A stretch of 63,957 nt of DNA, the filler included, from Welwitschia mirabilis (Eukaryota), in assembly GCA_051453625.1 (NCBI GenBank). It is 5 parts of one record of this genome, joined end to end, with 100 filler letters (N's around TTAATTAATTAA, not from the genome) between each part and the next. Parts side by side here need not be neighbours in the genome. Positions count along the whole stretch, not along the records: positions 25,096 to 44,186 come from JBOZIK010000001.1; positions 44,287 to 58,495 come from JBOZIK010000001.1; 3 more parts are not named here. One strand, written 5' to 3'. The notes beneath the pieces were generated by a model. It was not told the DNA's origin. It saw only the letters and a program-made list of their open reading frames with translations, and did no database searches. The position numbers were made by a program, and so were the translations under genes. Shown here piece after piece: positions 38,201-50,459 of this stretch. Position 1 is the first letter of the stretch; every line of letters begins with the position of its first letter.

Positions 38201-41200
38201 TGCGTCATTTTTGTATGTACTCTCTAATATTTGTACTCAAAACTCCATTTCACACACACATGTACATATCTATCAAGTTTGAGACCCATTTTATGATATT
38301 TGCACTCCATGTGTGATTTTTGAGTACTTCACATTTCCATTTCTACAATGCCATTACTGGCAAATGTATAAGTGGGGGCTGATCTACTAAAATCATAATC
38401 ATTTTGATGTCAAGTTTATATTCTAGGAGAGTTTATAGGATTTTTACAAGTGTTTAGAGAGTAACTTACCCTCCAAAGGAGTCAAAAGAAAATCTAATTT
38501 CAAAAAGAAAATCTAATTTCACAAAGTGATTAAAAATGTCATCGTCTACTTCATTGTCTGGACAACGTAGGTGGATAACAATCACTATTCATACATTTTC
38601 GAGAGATGACATCACATCTAGTTGAATTTGGCCTTGGAATTGCATGGTAAAGTTAGTGGAACTCAATCTATCCATCTGTTTGATTATTAACCCTTGTCAG
38701 TTTGACATCGCAACATAATTATCTGCTTGCCTTATCAAAGACTAACAGATGCTAAGTGGGGGGCTATATTGCATGGCCAAATTGCCCCTATTTAACAATG
38801 TTTTGAAACATGTTTTTAGGTTGTATTAATAGCTTTCCAAAGAATTTACAATAATCATGCATAACCACCGTGAGGATTACAAAAAGCATGAATTTTCAAC
38901 ATAACTGACCACTTTTGGATGTTGTCAAGGATTTCTCTATTCTTGACCCTTCTAAGAGATCATAGTCAAGAGGCATGCCAATTACAACATCACAATGACC
39001 CCACGAGCATCAACATAACTTACAGAGATATTTAAAAGCCTATTTGAACAGTCCTTCAAAACCAATTTAACACCAAGGGAAGCTGATTAGAGCTAAGGTT
39101 ATTGCAAAGAGTGTGGTCCACCTACTCATTTGGATGACACTTGCAAGATGACACACAGTGTAAGTTCACAAAAACCTCATTGTTTCTTGAGGATCGTCCA
39201 CTACGGTGGTTCAGATAAAGCTAGGCAGACGATAATAAGCAGATACACTAGGAAGGCACATAGAGGGCAGTTAGTGGTAGTTGAATGATCATCCCCTATG
39301 GTCATCTGGATGATACCAATGAGGAGACTGCCCTAACTGATGTAGAACTAATCCTATTTGTTATGAAATTGTTAATCTAATTGCATCTTTTCGCTTCCTA
39401 CCCCTTGGTGTCCTCAGTTACCAATTTAAAACTATAAATACCCTCCTTTGTCATCCATTTTAGGCTATCCATTGTATATTAAGTGTTCTTGTGATGATTT
39501 GGACACCAATTGGCCAAGGGATCCATCTAACTTAGGAGGGAAGCTTTCCTTGGTGTTGGGATAAGACTCCTTCACTGAGGGGTGACTATTTGTAAGTGGA
39601 TTTAATACTTTGTCATTAATAAAAGATCAAGTTGTTTATTCAAATTTCTCTCTTCTCTTCTTTAAATTCTACGTTGGAATCAAGTTAATTGCAATTAAAG
39701 TTAATTTTGGTTTTGATATAGGATATAAAGGCCAACTTGGGTGATAATAAGTTCATAAACTTGGTTAATCAATCGCATTTAGGATTGCATTAAATTCTTG
39801 CATTGTCATTTCATCTTATTTTCATATCCATCATTGCATTGTTATCTACTTTCTACTCTAAAATTGAATAAAAGATCATTCCCTTTTTCAATGAGTCAAT
39901 TTTCCAATTAAGCATTGAATATCCCACCAGTTTACGACATTGGTTTGTCTCCCTATACTAGTATTTGTTCATGTGAATTAGATATTTAAATTGCAAGTTA
40001 TCATTGAAGAAGATTAATTGATTTGAAAAGCACACGACACACTTCACAACAAGTAGCAAGAGCGAGTCTTCCCACGTCTTGTTGGGTTGTAGCAGTTATC
40101 ACTACTGCATAACTCATTAACATGTCACCTCATTCAACACTATACAGATAGATTCTAAAAATTCTATCGAAAGGAAAGGAAATCTCCTATCAGCACTTGA
40201 TACTCTTTGGCTATGAAGCTTATGTTAATGTATAGAAATCTCACAGGTCCAAGTTGGATTATAAGGCATGCAAATGTATCTTTGTTGGTTATGGCAATAA
40301 TAATTATGCACATACACTTTGGCATGCTGGTTGTAAAGAAGTGGTTACATCCCAAGGATGTGATCTTCAAAGAAGATTCTCTATTTTATTTGAAGCAACT
40401 TGAGAATTAGAATGGGAAAACATCTACTTTTGGCTTCTCTTCGAAAGAGTATACCAAAGTATTTGCTCATGACAAAAATGATGAAAATGAGAAAAAAGAA
40501 GATATTTCTAGCAATTAAGACATTCCTCGTGGTGAACAAGAAGACAGATCAAGAATAGGAAAAGAAAGATGCTAAAGATTTAGAAGAATAGGCTCCTCTG
40601 AAGGGTTTTAAATCCCTTAAAACGCAGACAGAAATATGTGATGAGCATTAAGAGGAGAGTGCATCATGCATACAAATTGAAACTAAGCTAATACATCAAC
40701 CATGGAGGCCCCATCCCCTAGCCATTCTGAGGACAACAACTAGGCATGTTCTTCATTAGCATTGCAATAAGAATTTAAGCATGAGGCCGTAGAAGTGCTT
40801 CCCATAATATCCTCACTTAGATCCATATTTCATGGATCTCTTTTCATCATCCTTCTATGTTTGGATCTTTGACTTANNNNNNNNNNNNNNNNNNNNNTTA
40901 CATAGTTGATTGTCTAATATATTTGTCTTTTCTATCTTTGATTTTCATACCAACATTAAATTGTTGGCATTACCCAAAGAAAGTTCCAACATTTTAATGA
41001 CAGCCTCTTGATGTGTGCACTATGCAATTTCATGTCACACATCATTTGCAATTCACATATTTCGAAAGGTCAATTATGTTCTCCTTCCAATTCTTAAAGG
41101 AGTTTTCCAAACATGGTATTAAGGACTCTTCCCTCAGTCCTCGTTCACTCTACCTCTTCCTCTTGTAAAGTGGAACACAAACCATGTAATATGAGTGTGC

Positions 41201-41887
41201 CCTTTCCTTGCTTTGGGCTACACATTAAACCAGCTTCTTCGCCTTGAAGCTACATTCATGCCTCTCTCATGGGCATCTTAAAACATATAACTCCTTTACA
41301 TCACATTTTTGCTCAAACAAATACTAAAGGGGATAGAAAGGTACCTTCTTGATATTCTAGGTAACTTTTATCCTAAATGGGGTTATAAATGTGGAATTTA
41401 AAATACCTTACCAAAAAAATTTAATAGTTTACCCCCTTAATAGTAATGAGAATTTTGGATAAACAATGTTAACAATAAAAATTTTAAGAATCAAACCACT
41501 TTTAATGGCATAGTGTTCCTCCACTCCATGACACTTCACTGCACTTCCATATCCCTCCTCTTCTTCTACTTTAGTCATACCAGAAGAATTTCATGTGCAT
41601 TTCATCGATCTGGGTAGTAATTTCTGTGTTTCTTTAATACTCTATAACCATGGTAACGAGATTCTCAATAAATTGAGTATTTTCATCTGCCCATTTTTCC
41701 ATAGGCTCCATGAGATCAGCCACCACAATTGGTTGCACAGGCAACGTGAACGAATTAGCTTCCATTTGGCTAAAGACAATAACAAGCATCTACGTGAGCG
41801 ATGCTTTGGCTGTCCTTGGATGTGGTGGCCGTTTCTCAGGCTCCTCGCTTGATCCCTTGTCCATTTTCACAAGAAAACTCTGAGATC

Positions 41888-42144
41888 AAACAACAACGAG
41901 GGCATTCTCAAGCTAAGAATGAAAACCCTCGCCTTTGGGATAGTGACGCATGATCTCTGCAAAGCGCTAGAACTCCAACGAACCGTTGATATTCTTGGTT
42001 TTCATGATAGATTTGAGCTCCACTCGCATAGAGTTTTCACCGAGAGCTCTGATGACCATATCGAGATTCGTTGGTGTCATGTGGCCATCCTTGTCCGAGT
42101 TGAAAAGACTAAAGGCCTCTCGCATTTTCTCCTCTTCATTTGGT
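41888..42144 (-). pseudogene. CML13/CML14-like calmodulin-like fragment
   Basis: EEEKMREAFSLFNSDKDGHMTPTNLDMVIRALGENSMRVELKSIMKTKNINGSLEF*RFAEIMRHYPKGEGFHS*LENALVV parallels MKEAF.[64 protein letters not shown]. Confidence 0.85.
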
Positions 42145-42278
42145 GATTGCTCCAGATTTTGATTTGGAATTGAACCTATGGCAAGTTTATTACTTAGAGT
42201 CTTGCATTCTTGAACAAGCTTTTTTTTTAATTTAATCTTAAATTGTTGCAAAATGCCGGTATTTTGTTTAGGGCTCAT

Positions 42279-42540
42279 TTCCCGACAAAGTTGCTCTTCG
42301 CCGATGGCTCTTATGCCACCTGCATTGTGCACCGCTTCATGACAAAGCTGCAACACAATGACACGACCACCGCGCTGGTCTTTTGCACAACCCATGCCGC
42401 CTCTGACGATGCCTTCTTTACAGCTATGGAGGAACTTGGCCTGCACATGATCACTGGCAAAGTGTTAATCGGCTGCAACGCACCGCCCGCACTAATGGAC
42501 ACAACGGGTACTGCCATTGGTACTTCAAAAAAGCATTTGA
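42279..42540 (+). pseudogene. guaD: Internal fragment of a bacterial-type guanine deaminase (amidohydrolase superfamily)
   Basis: FPTKLLFADGSYA...FMTKLQHNDTTTALVFCTTHAASDDAFFTAMEELGLHMITGKVLIGCNAPPALMDT is collinear with the bacterial GuaD pattern FPTE..F.D..YA...F...LLRNGTTTALVF.T.H..SVDA.F.AA....RMI.GKV.MDRNAP..L.DT. Confidence 0.88.
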
Positions 42541-44286
42541 AGATGACAGAGATAAGCAGAGTCTTCTCTCTTGGAAATTGATGTGTGGTCCATCCCAAAT
42601 TGGATTGTGGAAGATGAGCTCTGAGGATGAGCTCTGGCCGCTTTCACTCAAAAGACCCAAGGAAAAAATCTGTTCAAGAGAGAAATGAACACCCAAGTGG
42701 GTGAATCAGAGACTGCACTTGTAGCAGTGGTCCATTCATGCTCCATTCATATTGAATCTTTGTAGCCAAGAGGATCCTGACTGTAAATCCTTTCTGCCAT
42801 TGTCTTCCTATTTCGTATTTGCAAGGACTCCAATGCAGTCCTGTAGACAATGGATGAGATCTTTCTTTATGATAGCTCATTTGGAATGGATCTTTACTGC
42901 GTCTGGCAGCTAAGCCAACAACTTAAAAGACTCTGATACCATATGAAGGGTTTCAAATCCCTTAAAATGCAGACAGAAATACATGAAGAGCATTAAGAGG
43001 AGAATGCATCATGCATAAAAATTGAAACTAAGCTAATACATCAAACATGGAGGCCCTGGCCCCTGGCCATGCCTAGGACAATGGTTGGGCATGTTCTTCA
43101 TTAGCATTGCAATAAGAACTTATACACGAGGCTGTAGAAGTGCTTCCCATAATATCCTCACTCAGATCCATATTTGATGGATCTCTTTTCATCATCCTTC
43201 TATGATTGGATCTTTGACTTAGCTTCCCGCTAAAGTGGGAAGTTACGTAGTTGACTGTCCATTATATTTGTCTTTTCTATCTTTGATTTTCATACCAATA
43301 TTAAATTGTTGGCATTAACCTACAAATATTCTCCTCCTTTAAATTATGTTTAACTAACTAATCAAGGAAAACTAGAAACTATTTTAAAAGTAATTCATGC
43401 AGTAATTGGAAGCAGTGGGAGGTTGCAATGCATGTTTAGTTGAAATCACCCATGGCTAATCACACATTGGAATTGGTGTAGGTATCAAACAGTAAGAAAG
43501 CACAACACAACTGATGATGCTTTTAGCTAAAGGAAGATCTACATGGTTTTACTAAGTATGAGACAAGACTTATGGTAAAGGGTTTTGAATAGAAACCTGG
43601 TATTAGTAATTTCTCTAATTGTTAAGTAATATTCTATTAGAATCGCTTTGTCTTTGACTACCTATTTAGATCTAGAACTAGAACAACTAGAAGTTAAAAC
43701 TACATGTTTGGATGTGGATCTGGAAGGAGAGATCTATATGATCCAACAAGAAGGCTTTGTGGATCCCAAGCATCCTAATTTCGTATGTAGACTAAGAAAA
43801 AGTCTGTATGGTCTTAAACAACCCCTCAACAATGGTACAAGAAGTTTGATTCATTTATAAAAGTACAAATAGAATTGCAAAAGCAAAATAAACCACTATA
43901 TTAACTTCACTGACCAAATGGGAGATAAGTTCATTATGTTATTATTATATGTTCATGATATGGTTATAACAAGAACTAATAAGGGTGAAATTAAATGCCT
44001 AAAGCATGACATGGGTAGGACTTGGAGCTAGCCAAGCAAATTCCTAAGATGAAGATAATTAAGGACAATAGCCATAAACTATTGTGGCTCAGTCAGGTAG
44101 ATTCCATCTTCAAGGTTTGGGAGTGTTTTTTCTTTTTTTTTTCCTTTTTATAATTTTTTTGGGGTAGATGGAGTGTGCTCATAGTANNNNNNNNNNNNNN
44201 NNNNNNNNNNNNNNNNNNNNNNNNNNNNNNTTAATTAATTAANNNNNNNNNNNNNNNNNNNNNNNNNNNNNNNNNNNNNNNNNNNN

Positions 44287-44398
44287 TTGTTTAGTTTTAT
44301 TATTTTTTTTTGAAATATTTTTAAATAACCCTATTCACCCCCTACCCCCATCCCCCCCCCCCCCCCCTTCCCCCTCTAGGTTATTTGTGATCCTAACA
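44287..44398 (+). mobile_element. 3' end of a SIRE-type LTR with an expanded C tract
   Basis: CCCTATTCACCC...CCCCTCTAGG...GATCCTAACA. Confidence 0.75.
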
Positions 44399-44620
44399 GA
44401 CGAAACCTAATCCGGATGGATTTCTTTTGTGTACTAATGCTCCTCACATAATGATGCACACCTTGATGGTTCGTTTGCAAGCTTTAGTCCATGTTTGTCA
44501 TAGATCGATAAAGTGTTAGGNNNNNNNNNNNNNNNNNNNNNNNNNNNNNNNNNNNNNNNNNNNNNNNNNNNNNNNNNNNNNNNNNNNNNNNNNNNNNNNN
44601 NNNNNNNNNNNNNNNNNNNN

Positions 44621-44885
44621 TCTTTGGGTCCTGAGGTTTTTTGAACTCGCGAGTCGGGTGAGCAAAAACGCGTCGAGTTTGGGTCAGCTCCTGAAACTCA
44701 CGAGTCTCGACGAGTCTTGGCGAGTCTTGGCGAGTCTTAGCGCATTTTGGTGAGTCTCGGCAAGTCTATACATGAAACTCTCTTGTGAATCTTTTTTATT
44801 CCTGAGTCTGTTCTGAGTTAGCGCCTAAGTCGAGCTGAGTCACGAGCTTTTTCCCCTAGTCGAGTCGGGTGGCGAGTCCAAATCA
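44621..44885. mobile_element. hAT-like subterminal CGAGTC repeat block
   Basis: Many CGAGTC/ACTCG motifs including tandem CGAGTCTTGG. Confidence 0.6.
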
Positions 44886-45419
44886 AGGTATCTTATTTTG
44901 GAATATATTTAAGCGTATGTGCCCAAATACATTTAGGCTTTCTAGGTTTCATTGCCTCAAGTGTCTATGTAAGCTTGCTTGAGGATTTGTTGTGAATGGT
45001 GAGAAGTAGAGTGATTGATCTCCACAATAACGATCATATCTAGAAACCTACCATCAGGTGTTGGTGTTGTCTGACCATCTCTACTTACAACTAATAAGAA
45101 ATCATTGCATTGCTTTCTTATAATTTTGATTGTTTTTCTTCTTCTTGAACCAGCATTACATTTCTGTACTAGTGGATAAACATTTTGATCTACTTCTATT
45201 GCATGTTTTTGTATCATGTGCTTAGAGGGAATTGATTTGTTATACGTTCCTAATTTAGTTGATGACTTAATTTAGATCTATTTTCTATGTCTAACTAGAT
45301 ACAAACCACTCTATTGTTGTCTTCACCAAAAAAACAATGATGCACTATTTTCCCATTTTCATTATAGATATTTCCATTAACAAATTCTTTTAGCTGTGTT
45401 TGCTTTACGTACTGCAGAA

Positions 45420-46790
45420 TCTTAATGAAAAGGAGTTAAATTTTGGAAGCAGATTCTCATAAATGAGGAATTTCATGTTTGTTCCACTCATATGCCCAAG
45501 CCTTCTATGCGAAAAAGGCCCCTTCTGGTCTCCAGGCACAACAATAGTACCTTCCATTGCATCTATGTGCAATGTTACAGAGTTCCTTCGTTGTGTTCAC
45601 ATGGAAGAACCATGGCTCCTTTATTAATCTTGCAACCTTCAGCTTCAAAGAATAGATCTACAACATCCAATTGGCCTGCTCAAATTAGATTCTTTGCAAG
45701 TTGCAATACATGAACTTTTTGTAAATGCAATTTCTACCATCAGTTCCTTGCAGCATGATAGATTTGGCATCCTTGATATCACGACGTCAATCATCACCCA
45801 AAAAGATGTATTTGTTAGAAGCTTTGATGCATGAACAATATACTGAAGTGTCAAGGTAGACATGAGACAAAGAACTAGAATCTAAAATTCAAACATTTGA
45901 ACTACAATATGGTAATACACTTCCTTATGACATCTACGTGCAATGTGTACATGGTCCCTTCCTTTTGTGCATGTGCAAGAACCATGGCACCTCTGATACT
46001 CTTCCAACCTCCAACTCTAAGGAATACAGAATAGTGCCCAACATCCAACTGACATGCTAAAATTAGATCCTTTGGAAGCCACTACATATAAACTTCTTGC
46101 AAATATAATTTTCTGCCATCAATTCCTTCAAGCATGAAAGATTCAACTCCCTTGATCTCACATCAATTATCACCCAAATAAACACACTCGCTAGAATTTC
46201 ATTTGATGAATAGAACCCTAAAACATCTGAGTATGCTGAAAAGAAAGCGCTGAAACCTAAAATCTAAACATTTGGATTAGCATATTATGAGATATTTACC
46301 TCATCGTCACTGGCAATTAATAACATTAACATCTTTAGGTGTGTTGATCAATCTCTTTGTCTTGTTAATTGCTACCTTTGTTGTTGGTAGTGCTGCCTTT
46401 GGTGGCTTTCCATTTGAATCTATTCTTCAAGTTCTAAGGTCTTCACATAGACGGAATTTCTCCTTGTAGTACCAACACTCTAAGATTTTGTTTGTAAACC
46501 TCCCTTTGCTTTTTCTCTCTTCGTATCTTCCACCTCTATTCTAAGAACATCCTCTTCTAACATCAAGAGCCTTACCAAAAGAATATACAACTTTTGTCTT
46601 TTCTACATCTAGCAGCTTTGAAATGGCAACGTTCAAAGAGAACATCATATTTGAGGTAGTTGTCAGGGTTGTCCATATGGTTCAGTGTGCAATACTTGTT
46701 CATTCCATTAGGTTGGTCATATTTCTCCTTCAACATCTCCCAAAGAACATGTTGTTACGATAATGTCAAAAATAAAGAAGTTTCAATGAT
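45420..46790 (-). mobile_element. Decayed copia gag to pre-integrase remnant with an internal duplication
   Basis: HRRLGHMS at ~45485-45510; a KGAMVL-like segment present twice (45540-45830 and 45905-46180); zinc-knuckle-like remnant near 46470. Confidence 0.5.
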
Positions 46791-47581
46791 GAACACTCGG
46801 AGCACCAGAATAGGATGAAACAACAAAATAAACTCAAATCAGACAACCTATGCATGGTGGGACATCCAACCTCCCCCAATGGGACATCTGGCACCCTTCA
46901 CGAATTTAAAACAGAACTGCTTTTAGAATAGGATGTCTGACACATCACATTGGGACGTTCGATGTGCCATATTCAAAGTGGGACGTCCGAATTTTTATTT
47001 GGGACGTCTGAGTGAATCTCACGTCAAAAAGTTGGGACATCCGAGTTTCAAAGTGGGACATCAGAGAAGTTTCTACATAAAAAATATGGGACATCCGACC
47101 AGAAGAACGTTACAGTGGAAATTCAGATCCGTTTGGCTGCCCAATGTGTTTTTCCCATATAGAANNNNNNNNNNNNNNNNNNNNNNNNNNNNNNNNNNNN
47201 NNNNNNNNNNNNNNNNNNNNNNNNNNNNNNNNNNNNNNNNNNNNNNNNNNNNNNNNNNNNNNNNNNNNNNNNNNNNNNNNNNNNNNNNNNNNNNNNNNNN
47301 NNNNNNNNNNNNNNNNNNNNNNNNNNNNNNNNNNNNNNNNNNNNNNNNNNNNNNNNNNNNNNNNNNNNNNNNNNNNNNNNNNNNNNNNNNNNNNNNNNNN
47401 NNNNNNNNNNNNNNNNNNNNNNNNNNNNNNNNNNNNNNNNNNNNNNNNNNNNNNNNNNNNNNNNNNNNNNNNNNNNNNNNNNNNNNNNNNNNNNNNNNNN
47501 NNNNNNNNNNNNNNNNNNNNNNNNNNNNNNNNNNNNNNNNNNNNNNNNNNNNNNNNNNNNNNNNNNNNNNNNNNNNNNNNN

Positions 47582-50459
47582 AGGTCTTTGATCTTCTAAT
47601 CACAAGCCCAACGCCCAATAAAGAGCCGTTGAAAAATTAAAACCCGCGGTTAACGTCTATAAACGGCTAATTTCTGCGTCAACAAATATAAGCCCGCATG
47701 TCCCATCGAGGAAATTCGGACGTCCCGGTTTTTAATCTCCTTGCCCAGAAAAACCGAATACAGGGTTGGACATCCTGATTTCACAGAGCGGACGTCCCGA
47801 TATGGCAAGCCGTATACAGGGTCAGACGTCCCAATTTCTCAAGGCGGACGTCCTGGTATAGCAAACCCATATACAAGGTCAGACGTCCCGGATTCATAGT
47901 GCGGACGTCCCAATATAGAGAATCAAATATAGTTCCGGACGTCCTAATTTATCAAGGCAGATGTCCTAGTATATAATACTGCATACATGGTCGGGCGTGC
48001 CAATTATATAGGGCAGACATTCCGATCTAGAGAAAGCTTGTTTTCTAACTGAGAATCTTCATCATTGAAAACATATGATGCACTAGTTACAAGAGAAATT
48101 CAGATTCGTTATTTGAATGTCTGGCCAGAAGAACGTTGCAGCAGAAATTCAGATTTGTTTGGCCGCCCAACGCGTTTTTCCTATATAGAAATGGGTCTTT
48201 GTTGGTCTGCAATACGGTTCTTCCTTCTAGGAAGACTACAACAATTATTTCTCTTTGAAATGTTTAAAGAGAGTGCACTTGATCTGATCTAGTGCAACTA
48301 TGCTTATATTTGTATTATCCTACTTCAAAGAAAAACAACTCTGAACTAATGTACTGTGCATTGTTAAGGCACTCTTCCACTAGACTCTCTCTCTCTCTCA
48401 GAACCCTCTGATTCGATTTGCTCACTGGGTTGAGCATCGTTGTGTTGTCCTCCCTCTTATCTAGTGGTGCGGAAGAAGGAGGTGACTAAATGGATCTATT
48501 AAGCTAATAGAACTAGGAGACTAATAGTAGTTGTTGCCCCTTAAGAGTGGAGTAGGCCGTTTGCCGAACCACTACAAAAATCTAGTGTCCTCTTTGTTTT
48601 CAACATTTTTATTTTCTTTATAGAGTTGTGATCATAAATTGTTTAAATTTTTTTAAAAATACTCTATTCAACCCCCCCTCTAGAGTGCATTTCGATCCTT
48701 ACAATTGGTATCAGAGCCTAGTTGCACTAAATTAGTTCTTTTCTTTCTTGTTGTTTTAGATCTACAGGATGGCCTCTTCAAGCTTTACTGAAGGACAATC
48801 AATCTCAAAACCTCCACTCTTCTTTGGAAGTAACTATGCTCACTAGAAGTCGAAGATAATATTTCTTACATCTCTAGATGTGGACATTTGGGAAATGATC
48901 ATAAAGAAATATCAGACCCCCACGATGATAGATGCAAATGGAGCAATTTCTAACGACAGGAAGTAAGCCTAACTAAATGCGCAAGCCATGAACACATAAT
49001 ATGTGTTCTTGCACCAGATGAAATATGATCGTTTTGTCCAGTGCACTACAGCACAAGAAATGTGGGAGCCTCTGAAGATAGGACATGAAGGGACAAACAC
49101 AGTGGAGAACACTAAACTACAATTACTGGCCACCCAGCTCGAGAATATCAAGATGAAAGAATTTGAAACTATTGTCAAATACACTACTAAGATCACCAAC
49201 ATCACAAACCACATGTGGGAACTGGGTGAAAAGCTTCCAAAGAACAAAAGCGTATGCAAGATTATGAGAAGTCTAACAAAAAGATTCAGACCCAAAGTGA
49301 TAGCCATTCAAGAAAGCAAAGACATTGACACCATCAAAATAGAAAAGTTGAAAGGATCGCTCATAGCCTATGAAGCCACCTTTTTTCCAAAAGAAGAAGC
49401 ACCCAAGAAAAGAAGCATAGCTCTCAGAGTCGGCAAAGAAATCGAAAAAGACTCATCATCTGAAGAAGCTAAAGATGAGGACCTAGCCTTACCAGGAATT
49501 TTAAAATATTTCTGAGAAGGAAAAAGGAAGGAAGACCTCTCAAAAGATCATCAAAATGTGAAAATGAAAAGGATAAGCAAATCTCTAACTTTATTCATGT
49601 CTTGAATGTAAAGGTTTTGGTCATGTAGCCTCAGAACGTTCCAACAAAAGAAAGGAACAAAGTTCAAAAGGCAAGGAGAAAAGGGCTCTAAAAACAACAT
49701 GGGACGACTCTGATGAAGAACTAGACAACTTAAATGAAGACGATGAGGTATTGAACTTTGGACTGTTATCATTCATAGATGAGTCAAACCTTGGGCTTAT
49801 AGCAGTAGAAGAGGATCAATAAAATGATCAGGCATGTTCAGCAAGTGATTACAAAGAATGCTTTGACTTAGACTATAATGATCTTATTGATGCCTACGAG
49901 AAACTATACAATGTTAGTATTGGACTAGGAAAGAAAAATGTTCTCAAAGAAAGCGCAAAGGATCACTGAACGATTGCTGCAGGGAAAAGAGAACCTTAAC
50001 AAGCTCTTAGGAAGTGGGAGATCCCCATTTGACAAAGCAGGACTTGGAAGCACCCCAGGCACCTCTACCTCCTTTCATAATTTTTAGACTAGAATAAGAT
50101 ATCAATCTTTTGGAAAGAAATGCTTTTATTGTAATAAAGTAGGTCATGTTCAATCCTTTTGTCCATATAAGAAACCTCTTTTCTTTGGTTATACTTGCAA
50201 TTTTCAGTTTGAAAACAGATCTCACTTGGTTAATCATAAACCTAGCAAAATGAAATGGATTAGGAAAAATTCAACAACCACCCTCTTCGCCCACGCTGCC
50301 TTTAAAGTTTAAGATAAAACTAAATAGTATCTTGATAGTGGATGTTCTCATCATATGACTGGAAATAAAAGTCTCTTGAGTTCCTTTCAAGAATACAATG
50401 GAGGTGAAGTAAGCTTCTGAGACAATGGAAAGGGACACATTGTTGGAAAAGGATCAATA
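47582..50459 (+). mobile_element. SIRE-type copia 5' LTR, PBS and gag-protease, cut by a gap
   Basis: LTR ends GATCCTTACA at 48703; PBS TGGTATCAGAGC at 48706; gag ATG 48769 (MASSSFTEGQSISKPPLF); RFRPKVIAIQES; YLDSGCSHHMTG. Confidence 0.9.

Larger units (their letters stand above)
17953..40051 (+). mobile_element. Athila-type Ty3/gypsy copy 2, split by a nested insertion (own sequence 17953-21536 and 36071-40051)
   Basis: Protease, RT (LPFLDQV, GYSGYNQV, FINDFS), RNase H and integrase (CGGHF...CDACQ; ISDQGTHF; QTNGQAE). Resumes at 36071 collinear with copy 1. PPT AAGTGGGGGGC at ~38754-38764; 3' LTR ~38765-40051 ending CACAACA. Confidence 0.88.
40599..43320 (-). mobile_element. Non-autonomous (TRIM/LARD-like) LTR element with captured gene fragments
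   Basis: Direct repeats of ~380-390 bp at 40599-40991 and 42944-~43320, both starting TGAAGGGTTT.AAATCCCTTAAAA. PBS rc TGGTATCAGAG at 42931-42941. No gag/pol in the ~1.95-kb interior; TSD and PPT not clear. Confidence 0.88.
40052..44185 (+). mobile_element. Decayed Tnt1-like copia pol (integrase end to RT) hosting the 40599 insertion
   Basis: ASLPTSCWVVAVITTA*LINMSP (integrase); KYSPPLNYV*LTNQG; DLELEQLEVKTTCL...LEGEIYMIQQEGF...VCRLRKSLYGLKQ (RT). Confidence 0.8.

Noticed and set aside
41967-42446. 159-aa ORF as a single real calmodulin-like gene
   Set aside because: Its N-terminal part is the antisense of the guaD fragment, and the CML part stops at an internal TAG.
47700-48030. CRISPR-like appearance of spaced palindromic repeats
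   Set aside because: Motifs are only ~10 bp, the spacers are similar to each other, they lie in plant LTRs and no cas genes are present.
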